From NCBI GenBank assembly GCA_002811645.1, contig PDIP01000032.1, positions 1 to 64,000 of the forward strand: a stretch of DNA of 64,000 nucleotides. Direction: 5' to 3'. Origin of the DNA: Corallochytrium limacisporum Hawaii (Eukaryota > Protista > Pluriformea). The notes beneath the pieces were generated by a model. The model did no database searches. It was not told where the DNA came from and worked only from the letters and a program-made list of their open reading frames with translations. The translations under genes were made by a program, and so were the position numbers. How positions within the stretch are numbered: the stretch's first letter is position 1; each line of letters starts with the position of its first letter. Shown one piece after another: positions 18,824 through 28,832 of the stretch.

Positions 18824-21713
18824 GGTTGTGGAATTTATCAATTACACTTTGACTTTGCCATCAACCTTCTAAGTCATATCTGACGTAGTCCTTTCAGTCA
18901 TATCCTGTGACTCTGCCACCACATGACGAAACTCTTTCCGTACTCCCGCCACCAGAAATACTTTGCTCATGAATAAGGTTATTCATTATAACCTAATTCA
19001 AATTGACGGACAGAAGCAATATACACTCTATGACAGTGACTCTGATCTACCCCATCCAAACATACATCAACTGTCGCTCATACCATGCACTCGAGGAGAC
19101 CTGACGGTCTTTCCAGCCGGGCCCCGGTGGCCCATAATTGCCATCTGGCCATTGGTTCAGTACCGATACCCACCAGGCCATTGCCCCCCCCTTCCCTCTG
19201 TCAGACCCTCATCCCCTCACCCTCTCCCTGTGTCGCATTTTCTGCCTCTGTGAAACCCTACCACCACGTTCGGTTTCGGAAACTTCACCCCGACCTCAAG
19301 AACCCAAGGAAACCCTCCTATATCGGTATACACAGTTCGACACCCCCCCCCCTTCTCCCTATTTTTTGTTTAGGGGGGGGGGGTTCGTCCCTCTCCTGCC
19401 CTTTGCTCTCCCCTTCCCCAGTGAGCCGTTACACTGACAGTACTCTAACTTCCGCACTCACTCCCTTCCTGCTGTGCTCCTTGTGCCACAAGACCCGGTG
19501 CTTCCCGTCCGCTGCAGGAGAGCCCCCTCCGTCCCGGTGGGGAGGGGGGGGCGGCGGTTTGTTCACGGATGGGAGTCTATTTTCACCGGGGAAAAATAGA
19601 TCCGAGTACTATCTCTTCTGACCGGTGAGGTGAGAACCCGCTACACCTCCTCGCTCCCCTTCTTCCGGCGACAACCCCCCGCCCCAGGCCCTGGGGCTCT
19701 TGTTCTCCGAGGAAACTCCTCTCCTCGCGATCAAAAACGTTCTCCTGGGCTTCACTACACAACAACAACCCCCCAGGGCCCCCCCCGGGGGGGGGGGGGC
19801 GGGCAAAGGCACATACTAGGACTCCTATCGCTCTGTATGAACGATAGACTGAACACCTAAAATGCTCATAAGAACTACTCGAGTCGTCTTATCCGGCCCA
19901 GTTGGGTACGCCCCCCCCCGGGCGGCCCTCCGCCTTCCTTCATTCCCATAGAGGGAACTGGTTTGGGGGGAGGGGGGGGGGGGATGAATGAGATCTGCTC
20001 ATTAATTCATATGGTCACAGACGTATGGGGTTGCTCGTCTTCTCCCTGCCACCGTTGGGCTACAGATATCTCCCCTCCCTCCGCCCTCCTCCCGATCCCG
20101 AGCGCTGGCCTTCCCGAAAAGCCCACCAACGAAAAGGCACAGAGAACTTCGGGCGGGTTCAGCGGACAGGGGGGAAAGAATTCTTGCGAGCCCAGGGAGA
20201 ACCTTGGCAGCGGTGCTGTACTGAAAGTACTTGTCGTGCGGATAGGAACTTATTTTGGCTAATCGATATGTCAGCCAGACCTATGATGCCAGACTGCCTG
20301 CCCGCGCGATCCCCGAAGATGTGGGTTTGATGCACCCCTGTTTTACAAAACACTAGACATTCACTATAGGAACCGTCCCCTGATGATGATGCTTCCCGTG
20401 ATTTTTCTTGTACCGTCCGCCGAGATCTCTTCGCACTTTGGCCCCGATTCCCAAGCCGGCACGGGTCCCCGTTTCTCCCCCGTTCGTCCCTTTCTACTAC
20501 CTGCAAACTGAAATTGCGTGGGTGGCCTGTGATAATGGATATGTACGCGTGACCGCACCATATACGTACACTAGAGTATTTACCCCTTGCCAGGGGCAAG
20601 TATTCTTTTTCATCTGGGGACGGGGGGAGTGTCCCCGCGTGTGTTGTGTGAGTGTGTGTGATATGTACCAACGTTTCCCAGACCTGAGTGTGATATATCC
20701 ACGTTCCTAGCCAAGAGCCACGCAAAAATTTGCACACAGCCGTTCGATAAGCAGCAGCAAGAGCGACAGACCCCCGGCGAGGGCCAAAAATGAAAGCCAC
20801 GGCTAACCCCCGGGGGGGGGGCCGGGTCGCTGCGCTATTGGGAGAAGTGAAAAGAAAAAAAAGGAAGTGAGGTTCTACCCGCCTTTTAATTTTTGGACGA
20901 GGCCTTTATTTTTTTGATGGTGGCGCTGGGGGGGGGGGAGAATTTAAAATTTTGGGTCCGAGAGATTAGGGGGGGGGAGAGAACGTTGATCGAAGGAATG
21001 GCCAAAGACTCCCCTCCGCAGAACTGGTGAGAAAGGCGAGAAAAGAAAAAGGGGGAGGAGGGGTGCGGATAAGAAATGAATATATAGAAGAAGAACTAGC
21101 CGGGAGAATTAAGGTGGGGGAAATACGGAGTCTGCGGAGTGTTCACGGTAGAAAATCAATGGTGGCGGCAAAAACATTGTGAGAGATGGGGGGAGCAAGG
21201 GCATGGGGAGAGGGTGGGCCCTCCCCAAATGAAGAATGGGCGAGTTTTGGGTTCGTCAGCGAATTAAACCGTTGCAGGCACGCAGAATTTGCCGCACTGT
21301 GTAGTCCGATTGTGAGTTGGAAAGATTGTGTGAGATAAGTTCATTAAACATGAACAATGTTCGTTTGCTTAGTTTGGAAGACAGGAGCTGTTTTCGTTCA
21401 AGGCTTTGCGATAAAATGTTGGAGGATGGCAAGCTATCTATTTAAGGTAAACGAGGTGAATGCCCCACAGGTTTGACATGATCAACCGTACGTGGAGAGC
21501 AAGAGTGAGCCAACCTACACAGAATCTCTCGGGGTAGAACGAGACAGATCTAAGTCTTAACAGATCAAGACCAACAACGAGACGGAGGGCAGCTATCCTG
21601 GCAAATCATCAGAAAATTAAACTCGCAGGGTAGAAATTCAATTCACCGTTATGTGAAGTTTCCGACGCCCCCCAGTTTATACTCATCGATTACTGTTGTT
21701 CACAGCACTCAGG

Positions 21714-22685
21714 ATGGGACTCATAGACTTTGTACGAAAGCATGTCTCGGGGTGCCAAGCGGAACCAGAGTTTCAGTACGCCAGACCGCTTCAGAATAGA
21801 CCGAAGGAAGTACAGCTCAACGGGCTTATTGACGGTGAGACATGGCATCCCAGTCGGAGGGCCGTCTATTTCGAAAAACAACGGAAACATTTATGCGGGG
21901 TTCATGCACTCAACAATTTGTTACAGCACGAAGCAGTCACCCAGCGGGATCTGGACCATGCTGCTGACGAACTGATCAGAGTGAGCCAAGGAGTGGAGCC
22001 CCGCGTGACCTGTTTCGGACTATCAAATCCTCACCGATCTCGTTTTGGAAGGGGAAACTACGACGTCAATGTCATCCTTTACACTCTAGACAAGTTTGGG
22101 TACGTTGTCCAATGGCATGATGCACGGAAAGAATTTCATCCGAGCATTGATCTTGAGAACCCTCGGATCATTGGCTTCATTGTAAACATCATGGCGACAT
22201 CCGTGAAATGGGGTTTTCCGAGCAACCGGCATTGGATGGCTATCAGAAAGCTTGCAGACGGTTCGTACGTAAATCTAGACAGCTTCCTGCTGCGTCCATA
22301 TATATATGAGACCGGTGATGCCGTGTGTCGGCGTCTGAATGAATTCGGACGTGACCATTCTGGACAGGTGCTCATCGTCTACGCCGGTGGGAATGAGAAA
22401 GAAAAGAATGGACTGTGCGGTACCACTGTCGTAAGTGCAGCAGAAGAGAAGCGCTTGGAGGCGGAGGGGCCGATTGTGGAGTCCGTGAAGGCAGTGGAAG
22501 GCGAGTACGACGGCGTCAGTCCGAGGAACACGAACAGCAGCGTTTTGGGTGTCACTGCCACTGGTGCAGAGACCTTGGTAACCCATAGCAGTATGACAAC
22601 TACTGAAGACCTCGACGCGTCGTCCGGAGTCGCCAGTCTCGACGAGAAGTGCTTGGAAAGGGCTCATGTAGCACCCATAGCTTAA
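21714..22685 (+). CDS. Josephin-domain deubiquitinase (JOSD1/2-like)
   Basis: 'YFEKQRKHLCGVHALNNLLQ' (Cys), 'GNYDVNVI', 'RHWMAIRK' (His), 'NLDS' (Asp); acidic low-complexity tail. Confidence 0.92.
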   Translation: MGLIDFVRKHVSGCQAEPEFQYARPLQNRPKEVQLNGLIDGETWHPSRRAVYFEKQRKHLCGVHALNNLLQHEAVTQRDLDHAADELIRVSQGVEPRVTCFGLSNPHRSRFGRGNYDVNVILYTLDKFGYVVQWHDARKEFHPSIDLENPRIIGFIVNIMATSVKWGFPSNRHWMAIRKLADGSYVNLDSFLLRPYIYETGDAVCRRLNEFGRDHSGQVLIVYAGGNEKEKNGLCGTTVVSAAEEKRLEAEGPIVESVKAVEGEYDGVSPRNTNSSVLGVTATGAETLVTHSSMTTTEDLDASSGVASLDEKCLERAHVAPIA

Positions 22686-22861
22686 CCAATACTTGATCAC
22701 TGCCACATCATCAGCACCATCGAAGCCACACCACAAGGTCATCATCACATGTAAAGCATACGACTTCATTAACATATCATCAATACACAAACAAAGTAGG
22801 CATACTTATACTACAATGAAAACTAGAGTTGCTTCGTTTATTTCTACTATATCGCAATGCA

Positions 22862-25800
22862 TCACTTGAGGTCAATCTGCAGCTTAATGTTGCAGGCCAA
22901 CAGTTCCGCTGCCAGGTACCTAAAGACGTACGGCATGTTGATGGTGACCATATTCTTCGACGAATTGCAGTTGCTGCACTTGACGAACCGTGTGCGCGCG
23001 ACCAAACTAGCACTCTGAATTGTTGGACTGACTATGGAGCCACAACCACGGCACAGGAACACTTCGCAAAGATCAGAGCAGTTCAGCAGACGGTCCTGAA
23101 GCAGGAATGCAGTGCCGTGGCTCAGCAGAGAATCACGCTCCATCTCACCGAAACGAATACCACCAGCGCGCTTACGACCCTTGATTGGTTGGTGCGTAAG
23201 GTTGTGCACGGGGCCAGTAGATCGCACCTGGTACTTATCTGCGACCATGTGACGCAGACGTTGGTAATAGACAAGCCCCATGAAGATGTCTGCCTCAAAC
23301 TCCGTGCCCGTGATGCCAGAGTACAACCGCTCCGTGCCGCAGTAGGCATAGCCCGACTTGCGTAAGAGATCACCGTAATGCTGGACCACGTCAAAAGGAT
23401 TACCTTCCTCGTCCACGGCAACCTCTTCACCATAGGTAAATGGCGTGGCATCGTAGAATTGGCCTTGTTGAGCTCCGGCCTTGCTGGCCAGGAATTCGAC
23501 TAACATACCCATGGTCATACGCGATGGGAAACCGTGGGGATTAAAGATAATGTCAGGTGACATGCCAGACTCGCTGAACGGCATGTTCTCTTGCGGCCAG
23601 AGCGTGGAACAGATACCTTTCTGTCCGTGACGACTGGAAAATTTGTCACCAATGGAGGGATTACGCGTCACTCGCAGCTTGATTGCTGCCCGCTGGGCCC
23701 GGCCATCTCCAGTCTCGTTACCTAGAAGACGCACCTGATCAACATGGGCATCCTCCATCCCCTTGTAGATCTCGACCTTGCACTCCTCGGTCTCCTCATT
23801 GATGTAGGAATAATATGCACTACCATAGGTCAGCTTCGTGCCCACTGCCGGTAGGCCATCCGCCTGAAGCTTCTTTGCACGGTTGTCGTCAGGGAACTTG
23901 CCGAAACGAACGTGGCGCCTGTGGGTGCCGCCGCTGACTTTCTCAGTGAGGTCGATGAATTCAGTCTTGTAAACAATGCCATGGGCAAAACCGCGGTCAT
24001 AAGACGCCTTATTGATAATCATCGCGTCTTCCATATCGTAGCCGGTATAGGAAATAACGGCCACGACTGCGTTGGTGCCAGATGGGTACGTGTCCATGGC
24101 ATATTCCTCGTAGCGCTTGTTGCGCAGAATAGGTGCTTGTCCAGTGACTAAACGATACATCTTGTTATCCGTTCGGCGATTGAAAGCATGGCACGGCACA
24201 CCCATGGTCTGCTTTGCCATCTGACACTGGTACATGTTACGCGGCGACTGGTTGAAATCACTGAATGGCGTGAAATTGGCCAGAACACTGAGCATGTTGG
24301 TGGGATGGATCTCAATGTGCGTTGTGATGTCTTGCACGACATCCTGCTGCGTGCAGGCAATGTCCATGTAAACCTGCTCAAAAGTGCCCACACTCTCCTT
24401 TGTGAAACTTTTCTCACCGGATTCCATCAACTGGTACACTGGACGCATCATGCGGGCAGGGCTGGAGAAGAGAAAGAGGCCCGGGTACTGACCTTTCGTT
24501 GTCGGTAGAATCAGACCAACCTCGAGATGCTCTGGGACCTCGGGATAGGCGTGGTCAGCCTTAAGCACACGCAGAGAGCGTTCAAGAGCCTTGCCTTGAT
24601 TCAGTGGTACACGACCGATGGGCACCCCATCGGCAATCACCTCCAGTGCAGTGCTGGTTGGCACGTTGTCAACCACATCGGGCTGCATACCCATCTCCAC
24701 AAGAATGCTCTTGAGCGTCTTCGGATCCGCATGGCTGTCAATGACAGCCTCACACTCTGATGACAAATGGTTCAGAAGACCACAAGGGGCACCATCCGGC
24801 GTGTGTACGGGACACAAGAAGCCCCACGACTCGCCTAGTAATCGCCGAACGGTGGTGGTACGCAGTTCCGAGAAGAAGGCACCACGATGCACACTGCGGA
24901 AATGGGACAGGAAGCGGAACATGTTGAGTTTGTCCGCCACAATTGTAAATCCTGACACTTGCTGCAAGTCCAAACCAGAAGGACTAACCAAGTTACCGGT
25001 AGCCATAAAGTAATTCAGCTTCTCGCCAATGTCGTAAGTGATGCGCCTAGAAAATTTCAGAAGAGACGGGCCGTCAGTCAAAGCGGATTCGGGTCTCCGT
25101 CGCAATTCTGTTACCATTGCATTCCTGTGTGCATTCACCAGCTCCTGGATCTTCTCCTTAATGATCATATTATACAGGTGCCCCGGAAGTAAGAGTTCTT
25201 GTAGCTGAGGACTGTCGGGGTTGTCAGCTTCAATCTCGCCGCTGACAAGTGCAAATAGCTTGCGAATCATCATCAAACAGCTTTGCAGCTTGTCATCAAA
25301 GTCCTCGGTGTGAATAAAGATTACCTTTTGTAGGATATACTCTCCAATCTCCTGATCAGTCATGCTATCTGGCAGGTGACCAAAAGCAACACGGAATCTC
25401 TTTCCCAGGTAGGCCCTTGCAGCATCGCAATCCTTGAGCTTCAGCTTCAGAGCCTCCCGCAGCATAATCTCAGCACGGTCTTTTGAGAAACTAGAGCTCT
25501 TCGCATTCACCAGATTTCTATAAATTTCCACATCCTTCACGGTCTTAAGAGCCTTGATGATCAAGACCACCGGTATCAAATACTCCTGCTTCATGTGCAT
25601 GAACTTTAGGGTGACGCTACCGTTGCTCAGATAATGCAACGTAATTGTTCTTCCTGTCTGATCCTCCCGCACGCAACGCATGATGACACCGAATTCTGTG
25701 TAGCCCGGTCCCCTGTTCTTGAAACTGGGACGTTGAATTGCCGTGGGGTAGTTGCGCCGCGGCAGAATCAACAAACGAACAATCTTTTCATTACCGTTAA

Positions 25801-26404
25801 TTATGAAGTAGCCACCAGGATCCGCCGCGTCCTCACCATGTCTAATCACATCGTTCTCTTCCAGACCCTGCAAATTGCACCGACTAGATTGGAGCATAAT
25901 GGGGATCTGGCCAGCACTTCGAGTCATGTCAATGTCCTCGCCGTCGTTAATGTTGCCTATAATCTTCACCTGCAGACGAGCTCGGTATGTAGCAGCCCGT
26001 TCACGACATTCAGCTGGGAAGATCCTTCGATTGATGCTGTAGCGTTCCCTTTCAGGAAGGACAGGCATGCCAACGCTCGCCGCCACAGCCTGAATCTTGA
26101 TCTCATTGCCTCTACCATCTTTGAAGTAGCACGGGTCTGTGTCCTTTACGGCCATTGCCAAACCCTCGTCCAACATCCATGAGAAACCTGCAACATGGTT
26201 CTGTGCGATCTTAGCCACTCGCTGACGAGGGGTGAGTCCATCCTCGACTACCGGGGGCTTGCCTTGTTGCTCGTAGTTCCAAATCTTACGAGGTTCATAG
26301 CCCATCACAGCGTGACAGGACGGGCATTCCTTAGAGTCTCCAAAGACACCCGCCCTACGAGGGACGGGGTCATTTGAGATCCCAGACTCTGTATTAGGTG
26401 CCAT
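22862..26404 (-). CDS. RPA2: DNA-directed RNA polymerase I second-largest subunit
   Basis: 'GGYFIINGNEK', 'SHFRSVHRG', 'SPRNMYQCQMAKQTMG', 'GDKFSSRHGQKG', 'PHGFPSRMT', 'GGIRFGEMERD', C-terminal Zn ribbon. Confidence 0.97.
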   Translation of the reverse strand: MAPNTESGISNDPVPRRAGVFGDSKECPSCHAVMGYEPRKIWNYEQQGKPPVVEDGLTPRQRVAKIAQNHVAGFSWMLDEGLAMAVKDTDPCYFKDGRGNEIKIQAVAASVGMPVLPERERYSINRRIFPAECRERAATYRARLQVKIIGNINDGEDIDMTRSAGQIPIMLQSSRCNLQGLEENDVIRHGEDAADPGGYFIINGNEKIVRLLILPRRNYPTAIQRPSFKNRGPGYTEFGVIMRCVREDQTGRTITLHYLSNGSVTLKFMHMKQEYLIPVVLIIKALKTVKDVEIYRNLVNAKSSSFSKDRAEIMLREALKLKLKDCDAARAYLGKRFRVAFGHLPDSMTDQEIGEYILQKVIFIHTEDFDDKLQSCLMMIRKLFALVSGEIEADNPDSPQLQELLLPGHLYNMIIKEKIQELVNAHRNAMVTELRRRPESALTDGPSLLKFSRRITYDIGEKLNYFMATGNLVSPSGLDLQQVSGFTIVADKLNMFRFLSHFRSVHRGAFFSELRTTTVRRLLGESWGFLCPVHTPDGAPCGLLNHLSSECEAVIDSHADPKTLKSILVEMGMQPDVVDNVPTSTALEVIADGVPIGRVPLNQGKALERSLRVLKADHAYPEVPEHLEVGLILPTTKGQYPGLFLFSSPARMMRPVYQLMESGEKSFTKESVGTFEQVYMDIACTQQDVVQDITTHIEIHPTNMLSVLANFTPFSDFNQSPRNMYQCQMAKQTMGVPCHAFNRRTDNKMYRLVTGQAPILRNKRYEEYAMDTYPSGTNAVVAVISYTGYDMEDAMIINKASYDRGFAHGIVYKTEFIDLTEKVSGGTHRRHVRFGKFPDDNRAKKLQADGLPAVGTKLTYGSAYYSYINEETEECKVEIYKGMEDAHVDQVRLLGNETGDGRAQRAAIKLRVTRNPSIGDKFSSRHGQKGICSTLWPQENMPFSESGMSPDIIFNPHGFPSRMTMGMLVEFLASKAGAQQGQFYDATPFTYGEEVAVDEEGNPFDVVQHYGDLLRKSGYAYCGTERLYSGITGTEFEADIFMGLVYYQRLRHMVADKYQVRSTGPVHNLTHQPIKGRKRAGGIRFGEMERDSLLSHGTAFLLQDRLLNCSDLCEVFLCRGCGSIVSPTIQSASLVARTRFVKCSNCNSSKNMVTINMPYVFRYLAAELLACNIKLQIDLK

Positions 26405-26421
26405 CGTGTGAACCACAAAGT

Positions 26422-26462
26422 CTATGAATCCGATGAAGAATTCGTCTCCTCGATATACTCAC
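26422..26462 (-). other. Candidate 41-nt 5'UTR intron of RPA2
   Basis: AAT|GTGAGT...TTCATAG|, ending 17 nt before the ATG. Confidence 0.5.
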
Positions 26463-26808
26463 ATTGGTTCGGAACTTCTTTAATGTTCAAGGTCCGACTT
26501 CCCAGTCTTTTACCACTGTACTTATTCTCTCAAACGCACATTGGCATATCGTGATGCAATACAAACCATCAGAAGTAGCTCAAGGAGCTCCAAATGGTGC
26601 CATAGGGTGTGTTGCACGGTCTTTGTTGGCGATCACTGGTCTCGGACCATATAGCGCTCTACCCACACGAGAGGGACCGAGAAGCCCCGTTCGCGTGTGT
26701 GAGTGTGTGAGACCCACCCCACATTGGCCTGAAAGTCCACCCTACACTGGCAAGCCAACCCGTACTATGGGCCCCCTCGTGGCTAGGCCCAAGCCCCGAA
26801 GCGGGAAT

Positions 26809-26827
26809 TAAAAATCATCCGTATATA
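26809..26827. promoter_or_regulatory. Copy 1 of 19-bp motif TAAAAATCRTCCGTATATA
   Basis: Matches 28457-28475 at 18/19; about 400 bp upstream of the RPA2 ATG. Confidence 0.45.
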
Positions 26828-27056
26828 ATTATCGGGGATGCCCCAAGCTAACTTTAGTAGAGTATAAGCAGTGTTCTAAATTCAGGCCGAGTTAGACGAA
26901 GCTCACGAAATTCATAGTGAATGTATTCAGGTCTGCCACATCGGTTTCATTAATTTTGAAACAAATGGCGAGAGGGAGCCGCTTTTCCTGGGGGCCCCGC
27001 CGGCGGACGGGGTCATTTGACGTGACAGCGCTTGCTCGTCCTTAACTCGTCACTGG

Positions 27057-28094
27057 TCATGACAGTGCCTGTTCACGAGGACTGTTCTGTGTACTTGTGG
27101 AATCGTTGCTTGCACTTGTGCCCTTGCGTTGTTCCTGGGGCCTTATCTGCCACCGAAGAAGAGCACCGAGGACCGTACGAGCGACATAGAATATCGGTAT
27201 ATGCCGCGGAATCCACAAAATCTCTGATGGCGCTCCTTTGGCTTCTGGATGCCCTCGCAATGACCGTGGCTTTGAGTACGCCGCCGCGATGATACTAAGC
27301 GGAAAGACGATAGCAAAGACAGCAGAGCTTGTAACCAGGCTCATGACAAAGGTCAGAGCGGTGACTGGGGTGCCAAACCCGAGGAAGTAGACCCATCGTT
27401 TTTCCACTAGCGCGAGTCTGCGGTCTAGTCCAAGTCCGAGGTGCTGCCAGAGGTACTCAAAGGCCCACAAACTGTACAGCTCAGCAAACACAAAAAAGCT
27501 GAGGCATGGTCCAACATAAGGAATGTAGGAAATGAGCAGTCCTTCCAGCATAACTAGGTACTGCAGCACTGTCCGGAAGATTTCATCAGCCAAATGCTTG
27601 GAAATCCACGTCAGGATATTGCCAGCCTTGCTCCTGCGTTCATTCAGTGCGCGGTCCCGTTCTACCTCACGTTTGACTTGTTTTCCTGCCACAATTGATG
27701 CCAAATCGGCAACATCTTGATACCAGACACTATTGAATATGAAACTTAGGGCAAAGATGGGATAGATCCACAGCATATAGTACAGGGAACTCAAAATCGC
27801 ATTGATGACCGACGGCTCAATAGGGATCGAAATATTTTCCGCGATCGGTAGCTCTGGATACAGTGAACTGATTTGTACTATAGTTCCACTAATAAGAGGC
27901 CCTACCGCGTATTCATAGAAGTAAATCGAACCAATGAGCACCACCCCATTAAGAAGCGCTGTGTTCAGAACGACCTGCCGCAGCCGCGGGTACTTGGCTA
28001 TCGTCCCCACGACCTTAGGAAGTTGAATGCTGTCGATCACTCCGGCAGCAAAAGTTTCTGACAGGTCTTGAAGACCGTTTACAACAAACCTCAT
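27057..28094 (-). CDS. EI24: EI24 (etoposide-induced 2.4) family membrane protein
   Basis: 'LLNG', 'LWIYPIFALSFIFNSVWYQDVAD', 'YSLWAFEY.W', 'E.RWVYFLGFG.P'. Confidence 0.88.
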   Translation of the reverse strand: MRFVVNGLQDLSETFAAGVIDSIQLPKVVGTIAKYPRLRQVVLNTALLNGVVLIGSIYFYEYAVGPLISGTIVQISSLYPELPIAENISIPIEPSVINAILSSLYYMLWIYPIFALSFIFNSVWYQDVADLASIVAGKQVKREVERDRALNERRSKAGNILTWISKHLADEIFRTVLQYLVMLEGLLISYIPYVGPCLSFFVFAELYSLWAFEYLWQHLGLGLDRRLALVEKRWVYFLGFGTPVTALTFVMSLVTSSAVFAIVFPLSIIAAAYSKPRSLRGHPEAKGAPSEILWIPRHIPIFYVARTVLGALLRWQIRPQEQRKGTSASNDSTSTQNSPREQALS

Positions 28095-28456
28095 GGTTGA
28101 CGGCTCGTACAATTATTTGAGGGTTCGTTGAAAACCCCTCTGCGTAGGGTCGAGTTTTTCAAGGCATGGTGACCGTTTGCTTGTCGTTTCGCCGTCAACA
28201 CCGCAACTGTGATCTCTCGAAGTAATATAGAGACTAATTTTGGCACGAATTGCTATCCATACCCAGCGAACACAGTGCCAGGATCGTTTGAAGTACCAAA
28301 ACACGCCCACAGTCCGTACGGCTCTCACACAACCAAGTCCCTGCAGGAACACACCCACAAAAAGGTGATAGCCCTGCTCATATACTCAGTAGCTTCGGCC
28401 GGGCGCGGGGACAAGGGGGGATCCGCCCAAAGACCCGCCTGCACCCCCTGAAATCA

Positions 28457-28475
28457 TAAAAATCGTCCGTATATA
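28457..28475. promoter_or_regulatory. Copy 2 of 19-bp motif TAAAAATCRTCCGTATATA
   Basis: Near the middle of the divergent EI24/SPB4 intergenic region. Confidence 0.45.
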
Positions 28476-28832
28476 GTAAACCCCTCCATCGGCTTGAATC
28501 CTTTGCATAGAGTGTCGTATTACTGGAGAATTGCGGGTCTCACATTTCTACCCTTTGACCGCCCCCCGCCGCGCGCGTGTGTCGATGGGCCGGCCAGAAG
28601 AAATTCTAGCACGCTGTGCAGATGGCGTCGTGGGTAAGCCAGGCCTACACGGTTCGCAGTGGCAGGGCCTTAAGATCGTGTATGGTAGATCAGAAGGAAT
28701 ACCATTCATAATAACTATGGTAGCGCCCGGTTATTGAACTGGTGTGACCACTTTTGTAGAGTCTGTAGAGCACGAGGATGACTGGCGAGGCGATCCAATT
28801 ATAGTTAGAGAAGGTGCCCAATTGCAGAGCCC

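Noticed and set aside
20355-20392. CATTCACTATAGGAACCGTC..TGATGA resembling the U3 snoRNA 5' region
   Set aside because: Box A core GATCA and box A' are missing, and no ordered B/C/D boxes were found.
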